Source: an uncultured Planctomycetia bacterium
GTDB taxonomy: Bacteria > Omnitrophota > Gorgyraeia > Duberdicusellales > 4484-171
DNA: 61,849 nt
Direction of reading: 5' to 3'
Assembly: GCA_964605645.1 (NCBI GenBank)
Contig: CAZSDJ010000003.1
Span: 1 to 61,849 of the forward strand
Position 1 is the first letter of the stretch. The number at the start of each line of letters is the position of its first letter. Under the pieces are notes generated by a model that saw only the letters and a list, made by a program, of their open reading frames with translations, made no database searches and had not been told where the DNA came from. Positions 23,956 through 32,226 of this stretch are shown one piece after another. A program made the position numbers and the translations under genes.

Positions 23956-25290
23956 TCATAAGTTTTTAATTTCCTGTGTAAGGCTGTTAATTACTATTTT
24001 TAATTTTTCGTCTTTCTCTAACATTTTTTTTATTTTTTTACAAGCATATAAAATATTAGTGTGATGTTTGCCTCCAAAATACCCCCCAATTTCCGGCAAA
24101 GAACTTTCCGTTAATTCCCGGGTTAAATACATCGCTACCTGCCGCGGCAGAACCAAGGTTTTGCTTCTCTTACTTTTCTTTAAATCTTCTTTTTCAACAC
24201 CATAAAAATCACTAACTTTTGCTAAAATAATTTCCGGGGTAACCCGGGCACTTATTTCGCGAACCATATCTTTTAAAATCCCTCTTGCTAAGTCAACAGT
24301 TATGGTTTTATTTTCAATTAAAGAATAAGCAATGATCCGCACTAAAGCCCCTTCGAGTTCGCGAATATTAGATGAAATATTTTCAGCAATAAAACGAACA
24401 ACTTGGGGTTCTACCTGGACCGCTTCGTTTTCCAGTTTCTTTTCTAAAATTGCAACCCGTGTTTCATAGTCCGGAGTTTGGATATCCACTACCAGCCCCC
24501 AATTAAAACGAGACACTAACCGCTCTTCTAAATCCGGGATTTCTTTCGGCGGCCGGTCTGATGAAACAACGATTTGTTTATGATGGTCGTACAATACATT
24601 AAAGGTATGGAAAAATTCTTCTTGGGAAGCCTCTTTACCCGAAAGAAACTGGATATCATCAATAAGCAGCATATCTATATCCCGGTATTTTTTCCGAAAC
24701 TTATCAGTATTGCGCTGCCGAATTGAAAGAATAAGGTCGTTAGCAAAGCTTTCGGAAGAAAGATATTTTACTTTAGTTTGCGGATCTAAAGAAAGAAGCT
24801 GATTGGAAATAGCTTGCATTAAGTGAGTCTTGCCTAACCCAACCCCACCATAAATAAAAATAGGGTTATATGATTTACCCGGCGCTTTTGCTACAGCTAA
24901 AGAGGCCGCGTGAGCCATCCGGTTTGAAGAACCGACCACAAAATTATCAAATGTAAAACGGGGATTTAAACGCAGTGATGTCTGTGGTTTGTCGCCAAAA
25001 CTTTTGTTGAAAGAACGAAAAATCTTTGTAGTTTTACTTTTCAGTAAGTTGGGATTAACCTTAAAATCAACACTGACTGGTTTCCCGGAAACTTCTTGAG
25101 AGATTTCTTGGATAGAAGACAAGTAATTGCTTTCCACCCAACTTTTAAAGAAACTATCCGGAGCTTCTAAAACAATATTGTCTTTAGTAAATTCTTTTAG
25201 CTGTAAAGGAGAAATCCAAGTATCAAAGGAAGTTTCTCCCAGGCGGGTTTTTAGTTTTTGTTTGCAAGTTTCCCAAATATCTTGTTTCAT
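23956..25290 (-). CDS. dnaA: chromosomal replication initiator DnaA
   Basis: 444 aa. Walker A [10 protein letters not shown], box VII, and the domain IV [37 protein letters not shown]. Confidence 0.95.
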   Translation of the reverse strand: [444 protein letters not shown]

Positions 25291-25413
25291 TTATGTTTTC
25301 ACAAAGTTAACAACTTATTCACAATTTTAAGGAACCTAATTATACCTCAATAAATTATCTTTGCAACTTTTTTGTGGTTGACACTCAATAATTTTATGTT
25401 AAAATTTTTTGAT

Positions 25414-25551
25414 ATGAAAAAGAATCTAAAAACACCTACCAACTTAAAAGGTAAACGCAAGCACGGTTTTCGAAAAAGAATGAGTTCGAAAAACGGCACA
25501 AAAATTGTTAATAACCGCAGGAAAAAAGGCCGCAAACAGGTTTCCCGATGA
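25414..25551 (+). CDS. rpmH: 50S ribosomal protein L34
   Basis: Not in the ORF track. My translation is MKKNLKTPTNLKGKRKHGFRKRMSSKNGTKIVNNRRKKGRKQVSR. The TGA stop overlaps the yidD ATG (ATGA). Confidence 0.9.
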   Translation: MKKNLKTPTNLKGKRKHGFRKRMSSKNGTKIVNNRRKKGRKQVSR

Positions 25552-25754
25552 ATAACACTGTTATATCCTTGCTAAAAATATACCAATATTTTTCTCAATT
25601 TCTGCCGCGGTATTGTATTTATATCCCGACTTGTTCTGAGTATGCAATTCAAGCTTTTCGAAAATATTTTTTTCTGAAAGCCTTTATGTTGGCTGTTCTA
25701 CGAATTTTACGTTGTAATCCCTTTTCTCAAGGGGGATTCGATCCAGTAAGATAA
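25548..25754 (+). CDS. yidD: membrane protein insertion efficiency factor YidD
   Basis: 68 aa. Conserved CIYIPTCSEYAIQA and RCNPFSQGGFDPV. Confidence 0.88.
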   Translation: MNNTVISLLKIYQYFSQFLPRYCIYIPTCSEYAIQAFRKYFFLKAFMLAVLRILRCNPFSQGGFDPVR

Positions 25755-25756
25755 AC

Positions 25757-27202
25757 ATGGAAAAAAGATCAATTTTTGCTTTCTTGTTGCTAATCGGGTT
25801 CTTTGTAATCTGGTCTCAGTTTGCTCCAAAACAAGATACACAACCAGTTGATAGTCAAGAAGTTAGCCGCGAAACAATAAATGAAGCGCCAAAACGAGAA
25901 AAGCCGGGGACCGCAGAGCCGATTGACAAATTGTTGCCTGCAGAGGGAGCTCAGTTACAAGAAGTAAAAATAAACAATTATTACATCACTTATTCTAGCC
26001 GGGGCGGCTATCTTCATTCAGTTGCAGCGGGGAAGCCTACTAAAATATTACCTTTTCGCGATATCGGTTTTCAACCTGCTAATCAAAATCGAGAATATCA
26101 AGCGGAGATTAGTGACAATAGCCTTACCTTTGTTAAAGGGGATTCCGGGAAGAAGTTTGTGTTTGATGGTGATATCCTCGAAATTAGAAATGTACCAAAC
26201 TCCCCCATTCTGGCGTTTTCTTTTTCTTTAAATTCCGGAACTACTCAAATAAGTAAAAGATATTTTGAAGTTTTTTATCAGGAACAAGATTCTATCCAAC
26301 GGGCTCATCCTCAAAAAATTAAAGAAGAGAGATATCCCCAAACTAAATTTGCCGGGGCAAGAAGCCGTTATTACGCGTTTAGTTTATTGCCGGGCCGTTA
26401 TGACGTTGAATGGACTAAAAATAAAGAAAAAACAAACCTCTATTTAAACAATCCTCCCTCTACCGTTTCTTTTTATCTCGGCCCCCAGATTACTGACAAA
26501 ATGGATCTTTATGATTTAGGCGGGATAGTTTATTATGGCTTTTGGCACTTTTTGGCAATCGGGATTATCAAAGTCCTCTACTTTTTTTATAGTTTTCTTC
26601 ATAATTGGGGCTTAAGCGTTACATTTCTTTCCTTTTCCACCTATGCAGTATTATTTCCGTTTAGTTCAAAAAGCACCAAAGCCATGAAAAAAATGCAGGA
26701 AATCCAACCTTTAATGCAGGAATTAAAAGAAAAACACAAAGATAATCCGCAAAAAATGCAAAAAGAAACTGTAAAGCTTTACAAAGAACACAAAGTAAAT
26801 CCTTTGGGAGGCTGCTTGCCGCTTCTCTTTCAGTTTCCAATAATTATTGCCTTTTATCAGGTGGTTTTTCGATTTAGCCGCCTCGAAGGGGCTTCTTTCC
26901 TTTGGATTAAAGATTTATCGATGCCGGATCGGCTTTTTCAGCTCCCCTTCACAATCCCGGTTATTAATGTTCAATATTTTAATCTTCTTCCCATATTAGT
27001 AATGCTTTTAGGGATCATTCAGCAACACTTAACTGCATCATCTTCCAATCCTCAGCAAAAAAAGATTGGATTATTTATGGGGGTTTTTATCGGGATAATT
27101 TTCTACAAATTCCCCTCCGCATTAGTTCTCTACTGGTTTATCCAGAATTTACTCACTCTTCTATACCAGGTACGCCTAAAGAAAGCCCGCACCACCGCGT
27201 AA
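25757..27202 (+). CDS. yidC: membrane protein insertase YidC
   Basis: 481 aa. N-terminal TM, periplasmic domain, and conserved C-terminal core (NPLGGCLPLLFQFPI). Confidence 0.9.
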   Translation: MEKRSIFAFLLLIGFFVIWSQFAPKQDTQPVDSQEVSRETINEAPKREKPGTAEPIDKLLPAEGAQLQEVKINNYYITYSSRGGYLHSVAAGKPTKILPFRDIGFQPANQNREYQAEISDNSLTFVKGDSGKKFVFDGDILEIRNVPNSPILAFSFSLNSGTTQISKRYFEVFYQEQDSIQRAHPQKIKEERYPQTKFAGARSRYYAFSLLPGRYDVEWTKNKEKTNLYLNNPPSTVSFYLGPQITDKMDLYDLGGIVYYGFWHFLAIGIIKVLYFFYSFLHNWGLSVTFLSFSTYAVLFPFSSKSTKAMKKMQEIQPLMQELKEKHKDNPQKMQKETVKLYKEHKVNPLGGCLPLLFQFPIIIAFYQVVFRFSRLEGASFLWIKDLSMPDRLFQLPFTIPVINVQYFNLLPILVMLLGIIQQHLTASSSNPQQKKIGLFMGVFIGIIFYKFPSALVLYWFIQNLLTLLYQVRLKKARTTA

Positions 27203-27248
27203 AAAATCATCTAAAATTAAAAAGGCTTTATTTCGTAAAGGAAATTTA

Positions 27249-27266
27249 CGTTTTCACGTGAAAACG
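27249..27266. promoter_or_regulatory. parS-like perfect 18-bp palindrome CGTTTTCACGTGAAAACG
   Basis: The central 12 nt, TTTCACGTGAAA, equal the canonical parS core (TGTTTCACGTGAAACA). Lies 184 bp upstream of parA. Confidence 0.6.
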
Positions 27267-27288
27267 GTTTGCTGGTTTAAAAGAGGAC

Positions 27289-27306
27289 CGTTTTCACGTG
27301 AAAACG
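27289..27306. promoter_or_regulatory. second parS-like perfect 18-bp palindrome CGTTTTCACGTGAAAACG
   Basis: Identical to the first copy, 40 bp centre to centre. Confidence 0.6.
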
Positions 27307-27449
27307 CTATAAACCATTGATTCTATTACGTTTTTCCATTTCGACCGTTATTTTTTTAATAATAAACATAAAATTGGTTGCAATTTTATCTATATGGTAT
27401 TAAAATAAGAGAAATCATAAATATTTATATATTGTTGATAACAAAAGAT

Positions 27450-28250
27450 ATGGGTAAAATAATTGGTATTTGTAATCAGAAAGGCGGGACAGGTAAAACC
27501 ACAACCGCAATTAATTTTAGTTCTTTTTTAGGGCTGATGGATAAAAAGACTTTGCTCATTGATATGGATCCGCAAGGTAATGCTTCTTCCGGAGTTGGGT
27601 TGGATTTAGAAGGTAAAAATTCAGTTTATGGCTTGATGTCCGGCGATGTGTCAGCGGAGGAAGCAATTTATGCTACTAATTGGCCAAATCTTTTCATTAT
27701 GCCTTCGGATATTTCCTTAACGGGGGGAGAGGTTGAATTTGTTTCTATGGAAGAGAGGGAAGTTCTTCTAAGACAAAGACTTGGAAAGATAGCCGACAAT
27801 TATTCCTATATAGTCATTGATGCTCCGCCGTCGCTGGGGTTACTTACGGTCAACGTATTATCTGCTGCCGACAGCTTAATTATACCAATTCAATGTGAAT
27901 ATTATGCTTTGGAGGGGGTTTCAAAGTTAATCCATACTGTTGAATTAATAAGAGAAAGGCTAAATCCACACTTAGCGATAGAAGGTGTTTTGTTAACCAT
28001 GGCTGATTTTAGAACCCGGCTCACTTTGCAAGTAATAGAGGAAGTACGGAATTATTTTAAAAATAAAGCTTTTAGTATCGTGGTGCCGAGAAATGTAAAA
28101 TTAGCCGAGGCACCCAGCTTTGGCAAGCCGATTTATTTTTATGAACCTAATTGCGTCGGTTCAAAAGCTTATCTAAGCTTGACTAATGAGGTTACCGGGC
28201 AAGCTAAAAAAATTGAGAACTTTGTGAATAGCGAGGTAAATTATGGCTAA
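27450..28250 (+). CDS. parA: ParA/Soj chromosome partitioning ATPase
   Basis: Start chosen at MGKIIGICNQKGGTGKTT (deviant Walker A). The track ORF starts 72 nt upstream in AT-rich leader. Confidence 0.9.
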   Translation: MGKIIGICNQKGGTGKTTTAINFSSFLGLMDKKTLLIDMDPQGNASSGVGLDLEGKNSVYGLMSGDVSAEEAIYATNWPNLFIMPSDISLTGGEVEFVSMEEREVLLRQRLGKIADNYSYIVIDAPPSLGLLTVNVLSAADSLIIPIQCEYYALEGVSKLIHTVELIRERLNPHLAIEGVLLTMADFRTRLTLQVIEEVRNYFKNKAFSIVVPRNVKLAEAPSFGKPIYFYEPNCVGSKAYLSLTNEVTGQAKKIENFVNSEVNYG

Positions 28251-29064
28251 ACGAGTTTTAGGAAAGGGATTAGATGCTTTAATCCCAAAAAAGAAGATGC
28301 CAAATGGAGATCAATTTATTTATCTGCCAATTGAAAAAATTGAGCCTAACCAGTATCAGCCGCGTAAAGCTATGAACCAGAAGGACTTAGCTGAGTTAAC
28401 TCGTTCTATTCAGGAAAAAGGTTTTATCCAGCCAATTTTAGCACGGGAAATTAAAAATAATCGCTATGAAGTGGTGGCGGGCGGGAGAAGGCTGGAGGCT
28501 GCGAAGCTATTGAAGATCAAAGAGATACCGGCAATAGTTAGAGATTTAGACAATAAAGACTCATTTATTGCGGCGATAGTGGAAAATTTACAGCGAAAAA
28601 ATCTAAATCCGATTGAAGAAGCCGAGGCTCTTGTTCGCTTAAAGGAGGAATTTAATTTTTCCCTCGATGAAATTGCTCAATTTATCAGCAAAGACAAAAC
28701 GACCGTAACCAATACAATCAGGCTTTTGAAGTTACCGACTAAAATTAAAAAAGCCTTGGAAGAAAATTTAATTAATCGCAGCCAAGCCCGCACCATCCTT
28801 TCTTTTCAGAGCAAAGTGCAGCAAGAAAAAATATTTTATAAAATTTTACAAAAAGGATTAACCGTAAGAGATGTAGAAAAAGAAGCATCACAACAAAAAA
28901 AGACAACAAAAAAAGATCCCTTTATCGAGGAAGCTGAGGAAAAATTACAAAAAATCCTGGGGACAAAAGTTAAAATCACTACTTCAAAACAGAAAAAAGG
29001 AAAAATTATTTTAGATTATTATAACTTAACTGATTTTGAAAGAATCGTAAATAGAATTACCTAG
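28243..29064 (+). CDS. parB: ParB/Spo0J chromosome partitioning protein
   Basis: 273 aa. ParB box GGRRLEAAK and an HTH region. Overlaps parA. Confidence 0.9.
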   Translation: MAKRVLGKGLDALIPKKKMPNGDQFIYLPIEKIEPNQYQPRKAMNQKDLAELTRSIQEKGFIQPILAREIKNNRYEVVAGGRRLEAAKLLKIKEIPAIVRDLDNKDSFIAAIVENLQRKNLNPIEEAEALVRLKEEFNFSLDEIAQFISKDKTTVTNTIRLLKLPTKIKKALEENLINRSQARTILSFQSKVQQEKIFYKILQKGLTVRDVEKEASQQKKTTKKDPFIEEAEEKLQKILGTKVKITTSKQKKGKIILDYYNLTDFERIVNRIT

Positions 29065-29087
29065 CAATATTTTATTGAGGAGGAGTA

Positions 29088-29594
29088 ATGGAACAAGAGG
29101 CAACGTTAGTAATCGTAAAACCGGATGGTTTAAAAAAATCGTTAACCGGAAACATTTTAACTCGTCTCTCGGAAGCAAAATTAAAAATAATTGGGGCAAA
29201 AGTTGTAAAAGTAGATAATGATTTAGCCAATACTCACTATCAGTATTTAAAAGAACAGCCGTTTTTCCAAGAGCTTATTAAATATATAAGTGGGAAGTTA
29301 CATGGTGAAAACAGAGTGATGGCTCTGGTTTATTGGGGAGACGGAGCAATTGGCAAGGTTCGCCGTATTGCCGGCGCCACAAACCCGGAGGAAGCAGATC
29401 CCATCTCAATTCGCGGCGCCTACGGGAGAATTCTTACCAATGGCCTTTATGAAAATGTAATTCATGCATCAAGCGATCCTGCTGAAGCAGAGAGAGAAAT
29501 AAAACTTTGGTTTAATCCTGAAGAAATAGTTCAGGAACTTTATCCATCGAAAGAAGAAGCAAATCCTGATCATGTTTGGAGGGTTTGGCGATGA
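29088..29594 (+). CDS. ndk: nucleoside diphosphate kinase
   Basis: 168 aa. LVIVKPDG and NVIHASSD (active-site His). Confidence 0.88.
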   Translation: MEQEATLVIVKPDGLKKSLTGNILTRLSEAKLKIIGAKVVKVDNDLANTHYQYLKEQPFFQELIKYISGKLHGENRVMALVYWGDGAIGKVRRIAGATNPEEADPISIRGAYGRILTNGLYENVIHASSDPAEAEREIKLWFNPEEIVQELYPSKEEANPDHVWRVWR

Positions 29595-30373
29595 GATCGA
29601 TGACCGCCTACTCTGTTGCCGAAGCAAGCAATAAAACAGGTCAAACTAAAATTATATTAAGATCGTTAAATTATAAATATCTTGATATTTCAGTTTATAA
29701 TCTTCCTCAGCAGGCATTAGTTTTAGAAGAAAGCATTCAAGAAGAAATTAAGAAGAACATAACCAGAGGAAAAGTGGAAGTATATTTTTACCAAACCAAT
29801 AAAAGGAAAAATCAATTTTCTCTGGATAAAAATAAATTTAAAAATTATGTAAAACAAATTAAAGCTTTAGCTAAACAATTTCACTTGGATAAAAATATTC
29901 CACCCCTGGAAATATTAAATTTACCCGGGGTGATATCTAATCAGGGTACAAGCAGTATTTCAAAAACTCAAGTTGTGGCTGTTTTGAAAAAAGCTTTAAG
30001 TAGATTAATAAAATTTAAAAAAGAAAAAGGAAAAGCTATTGGAAAAGAGATGAGTGAAAATCTTCAATTATTAGATAATAATGTAATAAAAATAAATAAA
30101 AATAAGAAAAAACCAATGCAGGCGGTTGACGGGAAGGAAGACATAGATGAAGAATTGTCTTTAATTGAATTTTATTCAAAGAAATTAAAAAAAATAATAA
30201 AAGCTAATAAACAAATGCGAAAGGGTAAAGAAATCGATTTTCTTAGCCAGGAGATCCTGCGAGAATTAAATGCAGCCTCAAGCAAAACCCGGCAAAAAAA
30301 AATAGCAAGTTTGATAGTGGAGGCAAAAAATTACCTAGGCCGGATTAGAGAGCAGGCTCAAAACATAGAATGA
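29591..30373 (+). CDS. yicC: YicC-family protein
   Basis: Start at MRSMTAY (ATGA overlap with ndk). C-terminal EIDFLSQEILRELNA resembles the YicC C-terminal domain. Conserved yicC-gmk-rpoZ order. Confidence 0.7.
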   Translation: MRSMTAYSVAEASNKTGQTKIILRSLNYKYLDISVYNLPQQALVLEESIQEEIKKNITRGKVEVYFYQTNKRKNQFSLDKNKFKNYVKQIKALAKQFHLDKNIPPLEILNLPGVISNQGTSSISKTQVVAVLKKALSRLIKFKKEKGKAIGKEMSENLQLLDNNVIKINKNKKKPMQAVDGKEDIDEELSLIEFYSKKLKKIIKANKQMRKGKEIDFLSQEILRELNAASSKTRQKKIASLIVEAKNYLGRIREQAQNIE

Positions 30374-30936
30374 CAAAACCAAAAATCTTTATTTTATCGG
30401 GGCCGGGCGGGGTAGGTAAAACTACTTTGGTTAAGCATCTTTTTCGGAAAAAACCGATAAAAGAAGCATTACTAAAGACCATAACTGTGACAACGAGAGC
30501 AAAAAGGCCGCAAGAAAAAAATGGGAAGGATTATTTCTTTGTAGATAAGGATGAATTCTTATATATAAAGAAAAAGAAATTTTTCTTAGAAAATGAAAAA
30601 GTGCTGAATGATTATTACGGCACTCCAAAATTCTATTTAAACATTGCAAAAATAAAAAATAAAAACCTGCTTCTTTGTATCGACGTAAAAGGAGGGATAA
30701 AATTAAAAAAACGATATAAAAAAAATGCAGTAAGTATTTTTATTAGCGTTCCCAAAAAACGAGAGTTGTACAATAGAATGAAAAAGAGAGATGAATCAAA
30801 TGATATAATTGAGAAAAGAATTGAACTGGCAAAAAAAGAGTTGCAATTTTCCAAAAAATATGATTATTTAGTACAAAACAAAAATATAAATACAACAGCA
30901 AGAAAGATAAAAGATATAATACTAAAACAACAATAG
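30370..30936 (+). CDS. gmk: guanylate kinase
   Basis: 188 aa. P-loop LSGPGGVGKTTL and TTRAKRPQEKNGKDYFFV. Confidence 0.88.
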   Translation: MTKPKIFILSGPGGVGKTTLVKHLFRKKPIKEALLKTITVTTRAKRPQEKNGKDYFFVDKDEFLYIKKKKFFLENEKVLNDYYGTPKFYLNIAKIKNKNLLLCIDVKGGIKLKKRYKKNAVSIFISVPKKRELYNRMKKRDESNDIIEKRIELAKKELQFSKKYDYLVQNKNINTTARKIKDIILKQQ

Positions 30937-30987
30937 ACAACAGCACACAATCCAGCACAATTAAACAGAATAATAGGAGGAGGCAGG

Positions 30988-31233
30988 ATGGTAAATGATT
31001 ATATACCGAGAGAAAGGCTTTTAGCAGCAACTAGCGGCTCTATTTATAAACTAACTGTTTTAGCTGCAAAAAGAGCTATGATTTTGGCAGAAGGGGAGAA
31101 GCCTTTAGTTGAACAAAATACTGAAAAGTTATTAGATTTAGCTTTAAGAGAAATAGAGGAGAAAAAGGTAGAGGAGGCCAAAGGGAAAACAAAAAAGAAC
31201 AAAAAAGAAGAAAAGGAAACTAAAAAGAAGTAA
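30988..31233 (+). CDS. rpoZ: DNA-directed RNA polymerase subunit omega
   Basis: 81 aa. SIYKLTVLAAKRA core. Position after gmk. Confidence 0.8.
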   Translation: MVNDYIPRERLLAATSGSIYKLTVLAAKRAMILAEGEKPLVEQNTEKLLDLALREIEEKKVEEAKGKTKKNKKEEKETKKK

Positions 31234-31257
31234 TTGGTCTTTGGAAAAAACATAATC

Positions 31258-31329
31258 GGCGCGGTAGCCAAACGGCAAGGCGGTGGTTTGCAAAACCATT
31301 ATTTACCGGTTCAAATCCGGTCCGCGCCT
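31258..31329 (+). tRNA. tRNA-Cys (anticodon GCA)
   Basis: Hand-folded. Acceptor GGCGCGG/CCGCGCC, anticodon arm GTGGT-TTGCAAA-ACCAT, T arm ACCGG-TTCAAAT-CCGGT. Confidence 0.85.
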
Positions 31330-31335
31330 TGCACA

Positions 31336-31355
31336 AAAGGGGTCACACCTATTTT
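31336..31355. repeat. solo copy of the GGTCACACCT repeat that flanks RAYT unit 2
   Basis: AAAAGGGGTCACACCTATTTT, compared with 32346-32364 and the inverted copy at 33064-33079. Confidence 0.6.
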
Positions 31356-31367
31356 TTACATATATTT

Positions 31368-31440
31368 GCCGGGGTGTTGGTAAGAGCTTCTTGCCGAAGG
31401 CAAGTTAACTTGTTTAGACTTGGTTAGCTCTTCCCAAAAA
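31368..31440 (+). repeat. 13-nt duplicate of the tRNA-Leu 5-prime end followed by a conserved hairpin module
   Basis: GCCGGGGTGTTGG is identical to 31504-31516. It is followed by outer stem AAGAGCT/AGCTCTT and inner hairpin TTGCCGAAGGCAA, the same architecture as 17403-17470. Confidence 0.7.
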
Positions 31441-31503
31441 CTTTATAGATAGAATAAAACTATTGCTGATTTGATAAATCGGAAGATTAAATATAAATTT
31501 ATT

Positions 31504-31589
31504 GCCGGGGTGTTGGAATTGGCAGACAACTCGGACTTAAAATCCGGTGTTCCGAAAGGGACGTGCGGGTTCAAGTCCCGCCCCCGGCA
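31504..31589 (+). tRNA. tRNA-Leu (anticodon UAA)
   Basis: Hand-folded. Acceptor GCCGGGG/CCCCGGC, anticodon loop CTTAAAA, long variable arm, T arm GCGGG-TTCAAGT-CCCGC. Confidence 0.85.
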
Positions 31590-31660
31590 TTCTTTCGCAT
31601 AGTGCAAAGAGCATAGCATATAGTGAAAACATTTATGAACGCTGTGCGTTAGATGTTTTT

Positions 31661-31737
31661 GGGCGATTAGCTCAGTTGGTTAGAGTACTACCTTGACATG
31701 GTAGGGGTCACAGGTTCGAATCCTGTATCGCCCACCA
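31661..31737 (+). tRNA. tRNA-Val (anticodon GAC), CCA encoded
   Basis: Hand-folded. Acceptor GGGCGAT/ATCGCCC, anticodon arm CTACC-TTGACAT-GGTAG, T arm ACAGG-TTCGAAT-CCTGT. Confidence 0.88.
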
Positions 31738-31810
31738 GTAAAAATATTTCAAAAAGTTGGTTGACAACTAAATAGCTTAGGATACAATTATTATCCTTTC
31801 TAAAAAAATC

Positions 31811-31971
31811 GGGGTCGTCGATTTCCCGCCCAGAGTTAAGCTGATGGCGGGATCCCGCCCATGTGTTTAGTTGCTAGGCGGGAAGTCTGGCTTCCCCGCT
31901 CCTGATGGCAGGAGATGAAAGAGCGGGGCCCCGCCCGAGTGTTTAGGCTGCTATGCGGGGAAGTCCCCTGC
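31811..31971 (+). repeat. tRNA-Asp 5-prime-half pseudo-copy split into three pieces by GC-rich hairpin repeats
   Basis: GGGGTCGTCGATT (31811-31823), AGTCTGGCTT (31884-31893) and AAGTCCCCTGC (31961-31971) reproduce nt 1-45 of the tRNA-Asp at 32227 in order. They are separated by hairpins of the form CCCGCCC-N17-GGCGGG. Confidence 0.7.
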
Positions 31972-32169
31972 GGGGGGGGTTACGTTCTAGAAAACACTGT
32001 AACTAAGTTGCATTATGTTGGCTGCACGCACAATCTTGATGCAAGAATAAAAGAACATAATGTTAAGCGCAAGCGAAAATGGTTAGGCCGGCAAAGTGGG
32101 AAATGGGTGTTAGCCTACAAAGATCCTTTTTTGAAAAAGCAGGATGCTTTAGCTTGTGAAAAAAAATAA
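31915..32169 (+). CDS. small GIY-YIG nuclease family protein (possibly frameshifted at an A8 run)
   Basis: 84 aa. YVLENTVTKLHYVGCTHNLDARIKEHN matches the GIY..YIG..R..EHN core. The expected C-terminal helix (IKRKKSRKYIEHLIENY) is in the -1 frame after A8 at 32159-32166. Confidence 0.65.
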   Translation: MKERGPARVFRLLCGEVPCGGGYVLENTVTKLHYVGCTHNLDARIKEHNVKRKRKWLGRQSGKWVLAYKDPFLKKQDALACEKK

Positions 32170-32226
32170 AACGGAAGAAAAGTCGTAAATATATAGAACA
32201 TCTTATTGAAAATTATAAAAGCAATT

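Noticed and set aside
23483-24064. 193-aa plus-strand ORF
   Set aside because: It is antisense to dnaN and to the dnaA 3-prime end, and has the low-complexity hydrophobic composition typical of AT-rich antisense frames. The same reasoning applies to 1404-1613, 13322-13624, 18084-18413, 21187-21495, 53173-53619, 53763-54293, 55121-55624 and similar track ORFs nested in larger genes.
25347-25535. 62-aa minus-strand ORF in the dnaA-yidD spacer
   Set aside because: It is the antisense shadow of rpmH (25414-25551, plus strand), whose translation is an unmistakable L34.
27378-27449. N-terminal extensions proposed by the ORF track for parA (27378), the UpxY-like gene (33142), the ABC exporter (43174), GT4 (54279), the RAYT gene (32371) and yjbQ (9547)
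   Set aside because: In each case a downstream ATG gives the canonical family N-terminus. The extension is AT-rich leader, promoter or repeat sequence, or overlaps the preceding gene.
31368-31380. Additional functional tRNA upstream of tRNA-Leu
   Set aside because: Only the first 13 nt match tRNA-Leu, and the downstream sequence cannot form D, anticodon or T arms.
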